Source: Candidatus Babeliales bacterium (GTDB lineage: Bacteria; Babelota; Babeliae; Babelales; JANWKD01). From it: a stretch of DNA of 64,000 nt. Under the pieces are notes generated by a model. That model was not told where the DNA came from, ran no database searches, and saw only the letters and a list, made by a program, of their open reading frames with translations. Position numbers and translations under genes: made by a program. The stretch is from the NCBI GenBank assembly GCA_963762115.1, contig CAVXJH010000003.1:384001-448000 (forward strand), read 5' to 3'. Below are positions 29,841-38,774 of the stretch, piece after piece (position 1 is the first letter of the stretch; each line of letters starts with the position of its first letter).

Positions 29841-30895
29841 TTTTGCAAAAAAGCCCTGATATTTTTGGCACCTTTTGATGTAATAAAACCCTTTGATAAT
29901 GTAGTCAATTCCCTTAAAGGTTCAAAATGCGTAACATCAATCGGCAAAGGCGTTTGAGAAAAACTGTTCACATCACGAGAATAATCTTTTCCTAATGTAA
30001 CAGTATTTTTATAATCCAATGTTTCAAGAACCTTTGCAACACGTTCTGTATGAAGACTACCTGCTAGTACAAAAATGTGTTTAAAAGAATCTGCTTGAGT
30101 AAAAATTGTGTGCACTATGCGAGCATCAATAAATTCTACATCATAAGCACCCATTAAACAGCTAACAACATTTGCTTCGCTCAAATCTTTTACTGATGAA
30201 CCATACATATTCTCTAAGGTTTCTCTAAATACATCTTCATAGCTAATTTTATCTCTCAAAAGCTTTAAAGGAAAATCAGATTTGCTCATACATTCAAATA
30301 GCCCTAAACAATCTTTTTTAGTTTTCTCATAAGTATCCAATACTTTCCTATAACAGTTATTGAGTTTTTCATTATCATCATAACTATAAATTTCTTCGGC
30401 TATTTTCTCGCCTCTGTCAAAAACTACTGATGCTTTAATATCAATACTAGAATTAAAAATAGACAATAATTTAATCTGCCTAAATTCAATGTTTTTATGG
30501 GGAATCTTATTATAAAAACAATACGAACTAAACCCAATTAATGGACTTCCCAATAAACTTAATTCTTTTTCTTTAAGTTCTTTTTGATCGTAAAAAAAAT
30601 TTGAATAATCAATTCGCACTGGATCATCAATGGTGGAATCCAACGAAGATAAAGGCATTTGGCTATCTTCAACAATAACAAATCCATCATTCATTTTTAT
30701 AAAATTTGAAAGATCATTTCGTTGTTTATTACATATTTCCGATATTTGATCATTGTTTTTTTCGCCTAATCTATGATGATCATATAATAAAATTACTTTA
30801 GAATCACCATTTGACCATTCTTCAATTTTATAAACAAAACCAAACAAATGAGAACAAGAAAAAAGTAAGAAAAACAGTAAGCTATAAAATTTCAT
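29834..30895 (-). CDS. Hypothetical secreted protein, possible EreA/ChaN/TraB-like fold
   Basis: Signal peptide; VILLYDHH, VIVED and FVLAGSLH motifs. Confidence 0.65.
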   Translation of the reverse strand: MKFYSLLFFLLFSCSHLFGFVYKIEEWSNGDSKVILLYDHHRLGEKNNDQISEICNKQRNDLSNFIKMNDGFVIVEDSQMPLSSLDSTIDDPVRIDYSNFFYDQKELKEKELSLLGSPLIGFSSYCFYNKIPHKNIEFRQIKLLSIFNSSIDIKASVVFDRGEKIAEEIYSYDDNEKLNNCYRKVLDTYEKTKKDCLGLFECMSKSDFPLKLLRDKISYEDVFRETLENMYGSSVKDLSEANVVSCLMGAYDVEFIDARIVHTIFTQADSFKHIFVLAGSLHTERVAKVLETLDYKNTVTLGKDYSRDVNSFSQTPLPIDVTHFEPLRELTTLSKGFITSKGAKNIRAFLQNY

Positions 30896-31006
30896 ATTTC
30901 CCCTAAAACACGTTATAATAATTAGCGATTTATATTATACATTTTATATAAATATTTATATTTGTCAATTTTTTTATGAAAATTTCAGGGTAAAACAGGG
31001 AAAACA

Positions 31007-32623
31007 TTGAAAAAGCACTATAAAAAATATACCTGCAACCTCTTCATGGTCATTTTTCTAATAATAAGCATATTTTCAACACATGGCATGGAAGAACTAA
31101 CTTCAAATAAAACCATTGAGGATTATTATGGCAACCTTTTTACGGGAGACGCTTCAACACTAGAAAAATGCGGCGATTTTTTTCAAACCATTAGTGATTT
31201 TGAAAATGACTCTGATAATGTTTCATTACTCCAAAGTATGAGACATCAAATAGTTCATGCATCTCCTGATGAAAAAACCATCGAAGACTATCATGGCATC
31301 ATTTTTACCGCGCCCGCTTCAACAATAGAAAAATGTGGCTTATTTCAAAACATTGGTGAATTTGAAGATGATTTTGATTTTAAGTCACCAGATATTTGGA
31401 ATCAATTATTTAGTAGAAGATTTCCTAAACGTGATATCAGTTTTTTTAAAGCAACGGCTGCTGACATACCTCTTTCAAAAGAAATTTTAAAAGCTGCCTT
31501 TGAATGCATCACACCTTTTTTTGAAAAAGCTGAATCCCCTGAAGACAAAAGAGAAAAAAGTGAAAAAATTCACGCTATGCTCGAGTCAATTTCAAAAGAT
31601 CAGATGCGATCAATTTTTTCTGTCATTAATTATCTTGGCCCCCAAAAAGAAAAAGTAGCTAAAAAACTTGCTCAACAAATGAAAGCGATAATTCCATCAA
31701 ATGAATTAAAAGAAGAAAATGAAATTGATTTTATCATTTTATCGAAGCTATATGACAAATCTATAGGTACAATTATCAAAAAAAAAGAAGAAACGGCATA
31801 TTTCGATTCGCTAAAGCCTAAAGAACTTAATTTCCAAAAAATGAATATCGAATCCCTGCAAGGTATCGAACATATTAAAATTGATAAAAATAACATTAGT
31901 ACGTTACGTCTTAGTAACAATAAATTAACAACCTTAAATATTAAAAATCTTTTAGAAATATTTCCCAACCTTAAACATATCGATGCTGAGCATAATCTAA
32001 TTACAAAGGCTATTTTCCCTGAACAATTACCTGCCAATATAAAAATATTTTTGTATCAAAATTTTATTAAGGAACTAATGCCTTTTTATACAAATGATAA
32101 GAATAAAATAGACTTAAGAAATAATCCTTTATCTGCCGATGCTCATGAAAACATTAAAAAAGCCTTAATTCCACCGTTTTTTAAAAGAAACCGACATCAT
32201 TTATATTTTTTTAAAGAAGCCTCTAAATCATTTTTATTTAATAGTTTAACTGGCGCAGGAATATCTACATGCTTTATTTGGGCACCTATAGGAATTATTC
32301 GATCTTACAAATCTGAATATCCGGCCCCAAATACAATTACACAATCTATACTTTTCCATATATTGTTAGGCACAGTAAGCCCATCGTTTTACCTCTTTTT
32401 AAAAACAGAACAGCTTTTGGGATTCGGAAATTCACCTTCATCAGCACATAAACATTTTTTACAATTTGTTGATAAATATGCTCTTGCAAGCAGCTTAATT
32501 ATAGGAACTACATCTATTGCTTGGAAACTTTATAAAAATGAATTAACTGAATACAAAAAACACAAATACGTTCCAACAGCAAAGATTTTTACTGGTGACT
32601 TCGATGAAAGTGCAGGCATATGA
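31007..32623 (+). CDS. Secreted SKP1/BTB-like plus LRR protein with C-terminal hydrophobic segments
   Basis: Signal ending THG-MEE; LRRs LRLSNNKLTTL, IDAEHNLIT, IDLRNNPLS; duplicated N-terminal motif. Confidence 0.8.
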   Translation: MKKHYKKYTCNLFMVIFLIISIFSTHGMEELTSNKTIEDYYGNLFTGDASTLEKCGDFFQTISDFENDSDNVSLLQSMRHQIVHASPDEKTIEDYHGIIFTAPASTIEKCGLFQNIGEFEDDFDFKSPDIWNQLFSRRFPKRDISFFKATAADIPLSKEILKAAFECITPFFEKAESPEDKREKSEKIHAMLESISKDQMRSIFSVINYLGPQKEKVAKKLAQQMKAIIPSNELKEENEIDFIILSKLYDKSIGTIIKKKEETAYFDSLKPKELNFQKMNIESLQGIEHIKIDKNNISTLRLSNNKLTTLNIKNLLEIFPNLKHIDAEHNLITKAIFPEQLPANIKIFLYQNFIKELMPFYTNDKNKIDLRNNPLSADAHENIKKALIPPFFKRNRHHLYFFKEASKSFLFNSLTGAGISTCFIWAPIGIIRSYKSEYPAPNTITQSILFHILLGTVSPSFYLFLKTEQLLGFGNSPSSAHKHFLQFVDKYALASSLIIGTTSIAWKLYKNELTEYKKHKYVPTAKIFTGDFDESAGI

Positions 32624-34059
32624 ATAAAAAAATTAGAATACTTCATTTTTTGATTCTAGTTTTTGCTTTAGCAAATATTTCGTTCTTACAAAGCATGAGA
32701 CATCAAATAGTTCATGCATCTCCTGATGAAAAAATTATCGAAGATTATCATGGCACCATTTTTACCGTGCCTGCTTCAACAATAGAAAAGTGTGGTGGAT
32801 TTTTTCAAACCCTTGCTGATTTTGATACCTTTTATTTTGAAACATCAGATATTTGGGATCAATTATTTAGTAGAAGATTTCCTAAAAGCGATATCAGTTT
32901 TTTTCAAACGAAGGCAGCAGATACCCCTCTTTCAAAAGAAATTTTAAAAGCTACCTTTGAATGCATCACACCATTTTTTGAAGAAGTTAAATTACCTGAA
33001 GAAAAAAGTGAAAAAATTAAAGCGATAATCGAATCAATTGATAAGGATCACATTCGATCAATTTTTTCTGTAATAAATTATCTTGGCCCCCAAAAAGAAA
33101 AAGTAGCTAAAAAATTAGCTCAACGAATGAAAGCGATAATTCCATACGATGAATTAAAAGAAGATAATGAAATTGATGTTATTGTTTTATCGGGAATATA
33201 TGATAAAACAATACAAAAACTCCTTAAAAGGAAAAATCAATGGGGATTTTATAACCAACGGGTAGCCCAAGCTTTAGAGCTTAAAGGAATGAAGCTTGAC
33301 AACTTGAAAGGAATTGAAAAGATAACAATTGAAAGTGTTAGGCTATTATATCTTAACGATAATGCATTAAGAACACTTGATATTGCGTATCTAAAAAAAA
33401 AATTTCCAAAACTTACTTACATCAATGCAAGCAATAACTGCATTACCACTCTCATTCTTCCCTCTAAATTACAAGAGCGTTTAACCATCGAACTTAAAAA
33501 CAATTTAATTAAAGAACTGCCTACCTTTTCATTAGATGGTGATTGTACAATTAACCTAAAAGGTAATCCTTTATCAGAAGATGCCCATAAAAAAATTAGA
33601 AAAGCATTAACACCACCATTTTTTATAAAAAATAGGCATCATTTAATTTTTTGGGCAAATAACGCAGGATATTTAATACGCGGAGTATTCTTTGGTGGAC
33701 TCATTGGAATGCCATTAGGAACATCACTAGCAACTCTCTATTATTGCCCACGTACAACAATAATAGCAGGTATAGCACTTGGCTTGAGCGCATCCACTTC
33801 ATCAACAATAGCCCAAGCCATTCCTTATTTTATGATTGCTCCTTACCTGGCAATAAGGCTTAATCTTGACCCTGAGTTTTCAAATCATTGTACTGGCTTT
33901 GTACCATTTGTTCATAAATTTACTTTAGGAAGCAGTTTGGCCTTAGGATTTATTTCACTCATAAGTGAAACGAAAAATATTGCACGAGACTATGAACGAA
34001 ATAAATACATTCAACGAGCAAAAATTTTCACTGATGCCGATGATTCTGCAAAAAATTAA
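32620..34059 (+). CDS. Secreted SKP1/BTB-like plus LRR protein, tandem paralog
   Basis: ATGA overlap with the previous gene; shared N-terminal domain; LYLNDNALRTL, INASNNCIT, INLKGNPLS; TM-like C-terminus. Confidence 0.8.
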   Translation: MNKKIRILHFLILVFALANISFLQSMRHQIVHASPDEKIIEDYHGTIFTVPASTIEKCGGFFQTLADFDTFYFETSDIWDQLFSRRFPKSDISFFQTKAADTPLSKEILKATFECITPFFEEVKLPEEKSEKIKAIIESIDKDHIRSIFSVINYLGPQKEKVAKKLAQRMKAIIPYDELKEDNEIDVIVLSGIYDKTIQKLLKRKNQWGFYNQRVAQALELKGMKLDNLKGIEKITIESVRLLYLNDNALRTLDIAYLKKKFPKLTYINASNNCITTLILPSKLQERLTIELKNNLIKELPTFSLDGDCTINLKGNPLSEDAHKKIRKALTPPFFIKNRHHLIFWANNAGYLIRGVFFGGLIGMPLGTSLATLYYCPRTTIIAGIALGLSASTSSTIAQAIPYFMIAPYLAIRLNLDPEFSNHCTGFVPFVHKFTLGSSLALGFISLISETKNIARDYERNKYIQRAKIFTDADDSAKN

Positions 34060-34076
34060 ACAATAAAATTCAGTTA

Positions 34077-35921
34077 TTATTCAACCGTAACCGATTTTGC
34101 TAAATTTCTAGGCTTATCAATAGGACAACCTAACTCTTTTGCAATTTGATAGACAAAGAATTGCATCAACCCCGTCATGGCCAATGGTGCAAGTAATCTG
34201 TGCACACGAGGAATGACAAAAAGCTGATCTGCCAACTGCATTAATTCTTCCTGCCCTTCAAAAGCAAAAATAACCAAATGCCCCTTGCGCGCTTTCACTT
34301 CTTGTGCATTTGAAACTAATTTAGGATACACAAGCGGATCTAAACTGGAAAATAAAAAGATGGGTGTTTCAGCATCAATCAAAGCAATTGGTCCATGTTT
34401 CAGTTCTCCGGCTGGATAACATTGCGCAAACATATACGAAATTTCTTTTAATTTTAACGCTGATTCCATAGCAAAAGGATAGCTAATATGCCGCCCCAAA
34501 AAAATACATTTTTTATACTGCGCATACCGTGCTGCCAAGGTGGAAATAATCTCAGCTTTATAATTTTCAATACTTATTTCTAATATTTGTGCTGCAACTA
34601 AAATATCACGACAGGCTTCATCCATGCTTGATGCTGGCAACAATCCCTTTTCTATGGCAATGCGATGAGCAAGCCAAAATAGGGTAACAATTTGTGTTGA
34701 AAATGCTTTGGTTGAAGCGACAGCGATTTCTTGACCGGCTTGCGTCACCAGGCAACCATGCGCTTCACGCGCAACGGTACTTGAAGCAACATTAGTAATA
34801 CCAATCGTTGGCAAACCATATGAATGCACCATACGTAATGCTTCAAGCGTATCGGCTGTTTCTCCTGATTGTGTAATGGCAATGTAAGCACCTTTATCAT
34901 CAGGAAAAAATGACATTAAACGAAATTCAGATGCTAACGCTACTTTTGCTGGAATTTTAGTAATTTCTTCAAAAAAGAATTGAGCAATACGTGCCGCATG
35001 CCAAGAAGTACCACAACCAATCATAGTGAGCGAGGTAAGATTTTTAACCTGTTCAATCGTAAGGCCCAATTGCGACCAAAGATCATCACCAAGATTTTGC
35101 AGAGAAGCAATTGTTTTTTGAATAACACATTTCTGCTCATAAATTTCTTTAAGCATAAAATGATCAAATTCTTTTTTTCCACTATCAATCCAACTTGTAT
35201 CAACTTCTTGCACAATAACAGGAAGCGATTTACCAGAAAAATCATACAATTCCACTTCATCTTTTTTTAAAACTGCGTAGGATTTGTCAGGTAAAAAAAC
35301 GACTCTATTTGTTTTGTCAGCAAATGCAAGCAAATCAGAAGAAACGAACATTTCATCATTGCCCATGCCAATGCAAAGTGGCGAACCACGACGAGCAATC
35401 AATAATTGGTCGGGAAATTCTTGGGAAATACAGACAAGTGCATAAGCACCTTCAAGGCGATTAACTAAAGCATTTACGGCTTCTTTGAAAGATTTTTTTT
35501 CAACGATAAGAGCTTCAAGGAGATGAGCAACAACTTCAGTATCTGTTTGTGACTCAAAACTATGCCCGCTTGCTAAAAGTTCTTGCTTGAGAGCACGATA
35601 ATTTTCAATGATACCATTATGAGCAATTGAGATTTTTTTGTGACAATCAAATTGAGGATGGGCATTTTCTGTTGAAATGGCACCGTGAGTGGCCCATCGC
35701 GTGTGACCTATACCAAGATGCCCATCAATCGGTTCAGCATCTAAACACTGAATAAGATTAGCTAAATAGCCAGTTGTTTTATGATATAAAATAGTATTAT
35801 CATTACCACTTAAACAAGAAAAACCTGCTGAATCATAACCACGATATTCAAGACGAGATAAGCCTTGAATAACATAGCCTCTGCTCCAACCATTTCCAAT
35901 GTATCCTGCTAAACCACACAT
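34077..35921 (-). CDS. glmS: Glutamine--fructose-6-phosphate aminotransferase
   Basis: MCG start, LEYRGYDSAG, GHTRWATHG, SQ/TQSGETADT, PRNLAKSVTVE. Confidence 0.98.
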   Translation of the reverse strand: MCGLAGYIGNGWSRGYVIQGLSRLEYRGYDSAGFSCLSGNDNTILYHKTTGYLANLIQCLDAEPIDGHLGIGHTRWATHGAISTENAHPQFDCHKKISIAHNGIIENYRALKQELLASGHSFESQTDTEVVAHLLEALIVEKKSFKEAVNALVNRLEGAYALVCISQEFPDQLLIARRGSPLCIGMGNDEMFVSSDLLAFADKTNRVVFLPDKSYAVLKKDEVELYDFSGKSLPVIVQEVDTSWIDSGKKEFDHFMLKEIYEQKCVIQKTIASLQNLGDDLWSQLGLTIEQVKNLTSLTMIGCGTSWHAARIAQFFFEEITKIPAKVALASEFRLMSFFPDDKGAYIAITQSGETADTLEALRMVHSYGLPTIGITNVASSTVAREAHGCLVTQAGQEIAVASTKAFSTQIVTLFWLAHRIAIEKGLLPASSMDEACRDILVAAQILEISIENYKAEIISTLAARYAQYKKCIFLGRHISYPFAMESALKLKEISYMFAQCYPAGELKHGPIALIDAETPIFLFSSLDPLVYPKLVSNAQEVKARKGHLVIFAFEGQEELMQLADQLFVIPRVHRLLAPLAMTGLMQFFVYQIAKELGCPIDKPRNLAKSVTVE

Positions 35922-35982
35922 GACCTACTACTCCCTTTTTTGCTATTTTTAAAAATAGAGGTGAGCAAGAACAATAAAGAAA

Positions 35983-36444
35983 TTATCGCTTAACGAATTG
36001 GAATTTACGACGTGCTGCTTTTTGGCCGAATTTCTTTCGTTCTTTAAGACGAGCATCCACCGTTAAAAGTCCTGCCGCACGCAACGCCGGACGATCAGCT
36101 TCATTAAGCTTTACCAATGCTCGAGCAATGCCCAAACTTGCTGCGCCTGCTTGCGAATTAAGACCACCGCCATCAACATTAACAGAAGCATCATAATGCA
36201 ATGCAGAACTGAGAACAACAAATGGTTTATGAGCATTAATACGAGCAACGTCAGTATCAAAGTAGTGTTCGTAATTTTTGCCATTAACGATAATGTTGCC
36301 AGAACCTCTACGCAAATCAACGCGAGCTACTGAACTTTTGCGTCTTCCAACGCCATGCGCTAGAGGAGTACCTCTTTTAACTTTTTCACGCACTTTACCT
36401 GTTTGAACTTTTTTTACAGGTTTAACTTTTTTTGTTTCTTCCAT
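35983..36444 (-). CDS. rpsI: 30S ribosomal protein S9
   Basis: GRRKSSVARV, GGG..SQAGA, ERKKFG.KAARRKFQFVKR; start placed at MEETKK (36444). Confidence 0.96.
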   Translation of the reverse strand: MEETKKVKPVKKVQTGKVREKVKRGTPLAHGVGRRKSSVARVDLRRGSGNIIVNGKNYEHYFDTDVARINAHKPFVVLSSALHYDASVNVDGGGLNSQAGAASLGIARALVKLNEADRPALRAAGLLTVDARLKERKKFGQKAARRKFQFVKR

Positions 36445-36549
36445 GAACGGTTTATTAATCCTATTTTGAAAGGTTACTTTTTTAGAGAGCAATATAGCTT
36501 ATAATGCCAAAATCAAGAAAAAAGTCAAAGTAAACCCCTTAAATAATTT

Positions 36550-36625
36550 TGGAGCCGATGATCGGAGTCGAACCGACGACCTATTGATTACGAATCAATT
36601 GCTCTACCAACTGAGCTACATCGGC
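36550..36625 (-). tRNA. tRNA-Thr(CGT)
   Basis: 76-nt cloverleaf GCCGATG...ATTGA-TTCGTAA-TCAAT...GGTTCGACTCC...CATCGGC-T-CCA. Confidence 0.96.
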
Positions 36626-36687
36626 TTATTTTGTTGTATGGTAACAAAAAATAAGCTTTTTGTATAAATTTTTTTAAGAAAAGTATA

Positions 36688-37062
36688 TTAAGATTCTTTT
36701 TTTTCTTCTAATTGTTCTTGGCATAGTAAACAACGTGTTGCATTGGGATATAATTTAAGACGTTTTTCTGATATTGGTTGACCGCAATCATAACAAGTAC
36801 CATAGGTGCCATCTTCAATCATTTCTATTGCTTTAAGGATACGATTATATTCTTCTAGTTCTGCATCTTGTAAGGAAATTTTCAAGGTTTCCAGCGACGA
36901 TGAAGAAGCTTGATCTCCTATATCCTGCACTTCACCAGTAACTTTTTGAGAATAAAGTTCTGCAAGCTCAGTATCAAGTTCTTTTTTACGTTCAAGCAAA
37001 GCATTTTTTACTTCTTCAAACTGCTTTTTTTTTGATTCAGCTTGGTTTCTTTCATCACTCAC
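36688..37062 (-). CDS. dksA: DksA/TraR C4-zinc-finger protein
   Basis: DIGDQA (DxxDxA) coiled-coil tip; GTYGTCYDCG..I...RL...P.A..CLLCQ. Confidence 0.85.
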   Translation of the reverse strand: MSDERNQAESKKKQFEEVKNALLERKKELDTELAELYSQKVTGEVQDIGDQASSSSLETLKISLQDAELEEYNRILKAIEMIEDGTYGTCYDCGQPISEKRLKLYPNATRCLLCQEQLEEKKES

Positions 37063-37537
37063 TCTTTGATTTCCTTTTTTGTTTAAAAAACTTTTTTAAT
37101 AATGCCGATGCTTCTTGCTCACCAATGCCCCCTATGATGTGCAAAGTGTCTCTTCTATATACCTGAAGGGGACCACTATTGTCAAGATGATACCCAAAAA
37201 TTGGTGATTTCGCCCCAAAGACCAATCCTTGAAATCGGCTCATCAAAATCAGGTTCATGCACATTGAACAAGGCTCCAAAGTCACATATAACCAACATCC
37301 CTCAAGACGCCAATTGCCCATTTTCTTGCAAGCCTTTTCAATTGCCCTGATTTCAGCATGAGCAGTTTGCTGCTGACATTTCTCTACTAGGTTATAGGCA
37401 CGGCCAATGATTTTGCCATCAGATGAAACGATAACTGCCCCTATAGGAACCTCGTTCTTATCATAGGCTTTTTGGGCTTGCTTAAGGGCTTGGTGCATAT
37501 ATTTTGAGTGATTATCGACAGAAATAGTATTCTTCAT
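37055..37537 (-). CDS. tadA: tRNA adenosine(34) deaminase
   Basis: EVPIGAV, HAEI, LYVTLEPCSMC motifs; exact start uncertain. Confidence 0.92.
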   Translation of the reverse strand: MKNTISVDNHSKYMHQALKQAQKAYDKNEVPIGAVIVSSDGKIIGRAYNLVEKCQQQTAHAEIRAIEKACKKMGNWRLEGCWLYVTLEPCSMCMNLILMSRFQGLVFGAKSPIFGYHLDNSGPLQVYRRDTLHIIGGIGEQEASALLKKFFKQKRKSKSE

Positions 37538-37634
37538 AGAAAAAATTTTCAAAAAAATATTTATTGATATAATAAGAGAAAATCAAGGGATTTTATAACA
37601 AGTATACTCATTCTTAACATTTTAAGGAAATACG

Positions 37635-37949
37635 ATGAATATTCAAAAAAACACTTTTATGTGGGCACTATTGATAGCTAACTTACTCTTTAATATGCCA
37701 ACTTTACTTAAAGCAGACATGCAAAACACTGAAGAAGCATTAAATAGCTTTGAAGAAACCTTGAACGCAGGCCACGAACAAACAAAATGCATAATGGAGT
37801 GTTTTTATAAACATCAAAAAGAATCAGATAAAATGGAATGTACAATGTGTTCACAAGAATGTGAAATGGCATATTTAAAAAAAATTATAGCAATTCAGAG
37901 AAAAAAAAATGAAGCTCTTCAGCAAAATAAATCTGATAAATCTAACTAA
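37635..37949 (+). CDS. Small secreted Cys-containing protein (paralog A)
   Basis: Signal peptide nearly identical to the next gene; CIMEC...CTMCSQEC. Confidence 0.75.
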   Translation: MNIQKNTFMWALLIANLLFNMPTLLKADMQNTEEALNSFEETLNAGHEQTKCIMECFYKHQKESDKMECTMCSQECEMAYLKKIIAIQRKKNEALQQNKSDKSN

Positions 37950-37971
37950 CTTAACGTTTTAAGGAAATACG

Positions 37972-38307
37972 ATGAATATTCAAAAAAACACTTTTATGTG
38001 GGCATTATTGGTAGCTAACTTGCTCTTTAATATGCCAACTTTACTTAAAGCAGAAAATAAAGAAACAAAAGAATATGATGAGCTACACAGTTCACTTGAA
38101 GCATTAAAAAATGATATAAAGGCATGTAAAGATGTTTCAGGGGAACTAGAACTTGTACTGAGTGCACACTTAGAAAAAGCATTTTGCAATCTTGAATGCG
38201 CATCTAAAAAACAAGATAAAACAATATGCCAGAACAAATGTGAAGTTGAACATTTAAGAAAAATTGTACATTTTTGGCAAAATAAAGTTAATAATTCTAA
38301 CAAATAA
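37972..38307 (+). CDS. Small secreted Cys-containing protein (paralog B)
   Basis: Duplicated 5' UTR (ttttaaggaaatacg) and signal peptide; CNLEC...CQNKC. Confidence 0.75.
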   Translation: MNIQKNTFMWALLVANLLFNMPTLLKAENKETKEYDELHSSLEALKNDIKACKDVSGELELVLSAHLEKAFCNLECASKKQDKTICQNKCEVEHLRKIVHFWQNKVNNSNK

Positions 38308-38774
38308 ATGCATTTTTTGTGTTAAGTATTTTACTTCTCTCAAAATATCTTAAAATAGATTCCCATCTTATTATTTTTCGGCCCTATGCGGGCAGCACAA
38401 AGGTATTGTTTGCCCAATACCTTTGATACAAGGGCACATAAGAGAATTCTCTTATGTATCTCTTTGACGCAAAAAAGTCGGACTTGATCATTACGTGCTC
38501 AAAGTCCTCCACCAGTTTTGCTAATGGGGAAATTTTTAATTTTATCCGATGACTTGCAATTGATAATTATCGTAGCATTACAACTGTCACCCTGAGCCAG
38601 TAGCTTAATTCCTACGGCAATAAAATTGTCTCTGAATAACAATCTTTTCTACATGATTTTATAACAATGCCCAAGCTACTGCTTAGCGATAATAGTCATT
38701 AATATTGTTCCGGTAGTGCGTTGTGCACCCGAAAGAATGATGCGCAGCATCATGATGTGTGGTGCATATACGCG

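Noticed and set aside
35922..35982. glmS ribozyme upstream of glmS
   Set aside because: Only about 60 nt separate rpsI and glmS, too short and lacking the ribozyme core.
38480..38512. aaagtcc-containing segment as RNase P RNA
   Set aside because: It lacks the GAGGAAAGTCC context and the matching 3' P4 strand; it is better explained as hairpin 3 of the repeat.
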